A stretch of 63,729 bases of DNA, the filler included, from Dugesia japonica (taxonomy: Eukaryota): assembly GCA_001938525.1 (NCBI GenBank). It is 6 parts of 6 records of this genome, joined end to end, with 100 filler letters (N's around TTAATTAATTAA, not from the genome) between each part and the next. Parts side by side here need not be neighbours in the genome. Positions count along the whole stretch, not along the records: positions 52,644 to 63,729 come from MQRL01583475.1; 5 more parts are not named here. One strand, given 5' to 3'. Made by a program: the position numbers and the translations under genes. Below, in pieces: positions 60,480 through 63,729 of this stretch; positions within the stretch are counted from its first letter, which is position 1; each line of letters begins with the position of its first letter. The notes beneath the pieces were generated by a model. The model made no database searches. It saw nothing but the letters and a program-made list of their open reading frames with translations, and was not told the origin of the DNA.

Positions 60480-61260
60480 TACTTCGTTAAAATAGCAAGT
60501 GCGATCGGTTTGGATTAGTTTAAGGCATCAGATGGGTGGTTTGACAAAAAGATATCGTGAAAAGTTAAAGCGGCCAATAAATCTAAAATACCCGAATTTT
60601 TAAAGATTGTTAACAATAAAAAGCAGATTTATGGACCAAAATGATATCGGAAATGGGAACGAGACAGCTTTATATTACAAAATCTCTTCAAGTAAGTAGT
60701 TTGTTACTGAATCAGATGACTGTAGAGGCGTAAAGCAGAATAAAGAACGTGTGACTTTTTTATGCTGTGTGAGCATGGAGGATGAAAAACTGAAACCCCT
60801 TATCATTAGAAAGTCAAAGAATCATAGACCATTTAAAAATTTTGATCTTGTAGAAATAGGGTTTGACTACTAGAGCAAAAAGAATGGATGACAAAAGTTT
60901 GTTTGATGATTGGTCTGCTGATCTAAATATTAAGATGCTAAACGCAAATAAAAAATTATTGCTGCTTTTGGATAATGTGGCCAGTCATCATCTCAATACA
61001 TAAAGCAAGTTAGAATTACTCTTTTCACCAGAAAATAAAACTTTCATTCCTCAGCTTTTTAAAAGCATTTAAAAACATCTGCAACAATGCTTTGGTTGAC
61101 TCATTTGCTCTTGATAATGGCAATGATTCTGATCTTTTTAAAAGTGTATACATTAAATCTGCAGTTAATTTTAATTTTATTACAGGTTTCTATGTCATGC
61201 AGGATAGGACAATACGGAGGACTATGTATGTGCAAAATAATCTGGCGACAATTTAAGACA
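60480..61260 (+). mobile_element. Decayed pogo/Tigger transposase
   Basis: FKASDGW, NETALYY, KERVTFLCCVSM, KLKPLII, LLLLDNVASH. Confidence 0.85.
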
Positions 61261-61339
61261 AAGAACAAATGAATTGGTGCGAATTTGTATTTGGTGTCAA
61301 AAATTAAAGACTAATACGGTGGAAGTTAAGGAAGCTACG

Positions 61340-62075
61340 TTGTGCTCGAAAATTTGTGAGCCGTTTGAGGTGATGTTTGTTGATATTTGTAGACCTTTAA
61401 AATAAACAAAAATAACAAAGAAATATATTCTGGGAATAATTGATCAAGGTATCAAATATGTAAGATTGGCTGGACGAACCAACAATTCGGGCGAATGAAT
61501 AGACAGAATAAATATTGAAGTTTTGCTGTCTTATAGAGGTTATATCGGAATGCGGCAGGGTATTTGAAGCTTGGGAGATGAAAGATATTTTGAAACGGTT
61601 GACGTTTGATTAGCATTTGGCGAGTTTTTACAATCACAAAACTAATTGAAAGACTGTTCCAAACGGTACATTGAGCTACTATGCAAGAACGGAAAACATT
61701 AGATTAAGCGAAATTATTGACATAAATTGAGTTTGCTAAAAATGCGACTAAACAAAAAACGATGCAAGAGAGCCCGACACAAATGGTTTTTGGTTTGAAA
61801 ATTAGTCAATTAAGATGGCAATCAAACAAAAAAAGACGATGTTAAGAAAATAGAAACACAGAGTTTGAACAAGCTTTCGACAAGAATGAAATTTCGGGTG
61901 GAAGAAGATGGTTTGGTTGAGGTTTAAAAGAAGGATAAGAATAAAGACAAATATCAAAGTCCCTAAAAAATTGTAGAGAAGCTTCACGACACGCAATATG
62001 TGTTAGTAAGTCAAAATAGGAAGAATCACATAGGAAATGTCGAAAAATTTAAAACATTCTTGAAGTAGGAGGTGG
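61340..62075 (+). mobile_element. Decayed Ty3/gypsy integrase
   Basis: PFEVMFVDICRPL, KKYILGIIDQ, terminal purine tract. Confidence 0.7.
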
Positions 62076-63029
62076 AAAGAAATAATTAAATATAAGGGAT
62101 GTTTCGAGTTAGTATTGTCATTATTATTTCATTTTTATGTATGTAATATTAATGTATAATATATAAAGATTAATATTTAATTTTCTGTGTTAAAATAACA
62201 TTGTTTAAATAATATAGTTTGGGAAACAGTTTTGGAAGATTTCTAAAAGTTGAATTCATATTTTTGATATGGTAGATAATGTTTTCTAAAAGTGATGATC
62301 ATATTAATGTAGGGTACGTAGATTCAATCCCTAATAGTTATTGTTGTGGTGTGGATGGTTCTATTTTAGATCTATTGTTGGTCTAGATGTAATCAAGCAC
62401 ACTCATCCATGATTTACCTGGCCGTCTTGAGACTGGTTTTCTCTGGAGCGTCGGTGACTCTTGGAGGGATTGCAGGCGCGCACCGATTTTATTTAGGTTT
62501 ATTATTGCAAACAATAGAAACTCCAGATTAAACGTAACCTCATACGCTCTATTATTCCCCATATTCATTAAGAAATCGACACGAAGTATACTTTTTGTAA
62601 TTTTTTATTGATAATCATTAAATCATAAAGTGTTCATTGTTTGATAATTCTGTTCATCTTGACAGATGGATCATTTTCAGTTCAGAGTTTTCTCGTGCAT
62701 CACAGTTAATTATAATTACTGCAGTTTATTACTGTACTCTCATTGTCTCTCATAACATTAGGATCAACCTGTCTCTAAGTTCACCTGAGCTTCTGGCATT
62801 AAATGTCAATACCACCCAGTGTAATAAACACATAAGTACATTTGAGGATCATTACATTTCAGTTTAATAATTGTAATAACATTTGAGTAAATTCAGGCTT
62901 TATGTCATCAACTGTAACAACAGCTGCGTCATATTTGTCTTCTCAAACAATTGACTTAACATATTTCATTTCATTCACTGTACTAAGAATGACATTGACT
63001 CTAACGTTTTCATTGAATTGATGGTGATA

Positions 63030-63370
63030 GTAACCTCACCGAATGTATCTTCTCATTGAATTACCTAAAAATATTTTTAGTTATAATTTCCATATTATCA
63101 TCGCCTCATTAGATTGCATGAATTATTTACAGTTTATTGACTTCAATGGTGAGGACCTCTCATTGCATGAAATAATTTTTGTTTTACAACTGTGTTAGCA
63201 ACATCATCTTTTTAGATAGAAGAGATGTTTTTCGGTTTATTAATTGCGATAATAATATCATCTCATTGAATTGCACAAAATAATTTCAGGTTATTAGCTG
63301 TGATAGTAATATCATCTCATAAAATTGCATGGAATATTTTCGGTTTATTAACTGTGATAGGAATATCATC
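63030..63370. repeat. Degenerate ~57-60-nt tandem repeats
   Basis: Recurrent tcatctcattgaattgca...ggtttattaa. Confidence 0.6.
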
Positions 63371-63729
63371 TTATTAAAAATAGGCTACAATGTCTTTATT
63401 TCCTCGAGATCTGGAGGCTGAATTTTAAAATTAACAAAATTTATTGAAATTACCCCAACAAAATGACCAATAAAAATGGCGACTTTCATGTTGACTAAAA
63501 TTAAACGATTTCTGAATTGATTGAGATAAACATTTTGTGAATTGGTTTGGAAAATCTGCTTGATAAAAATTTTTTATGATTTTTTATCTACTGTTTGCTG
63601 CTTTTGCACACTGTCTAAATAATTTTATTTGTATTTCTGGTTGTTAATCGGTATTGAAATTGCTCGGTTGTATGCCGATTTCGCTATCCTGTGATTTGAT
63701 GTAGAATTGAAATTCTAAATTTTAATTTC

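Overview
Very AT-rich eukaryotic DNA made of six contigs/scaffolds artificially joined by 100-nt spacers (44N-TTAATTAATTAA-44N at 8555, 17737, 30768, 42984, 52544), so adjacency across spacers is not biological. Two pieces (1..8554 and 17837..30767) are gene-dense, largely intact, diverged Polinton/Maverick (adintovirus-type) genomes. Both encode a major capsid, a C2HC-finger/parvovirus-like PLA2/retroviral-type integrase fusion, a packaging ATPase, adenain, a fibre-like protein with a tandemly duplicated head module and a membrane protein. Element B additionally shows a frameshifted penton, an adenovirus pX-like protein and protein-primed PolB. The most unexpected signal is a family of GC-rich C-(GNA)-G triloop DNA mini-hairpins and palindromes in these otherwise AT-rich elements. 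They sit at gene starts and ends and inside in-frame insertions, and include a ~23-nt double-hairpin motif directly abutting the ATGs of the capsid and protease genes. The other contigs are host DNA with decayed Ty3/gypsy, mariner, hAT, MULE and pogo/Tigger remnants, microsatellites and one orphan ORF. All family calls are from motif recognition by eye; no searches were run.
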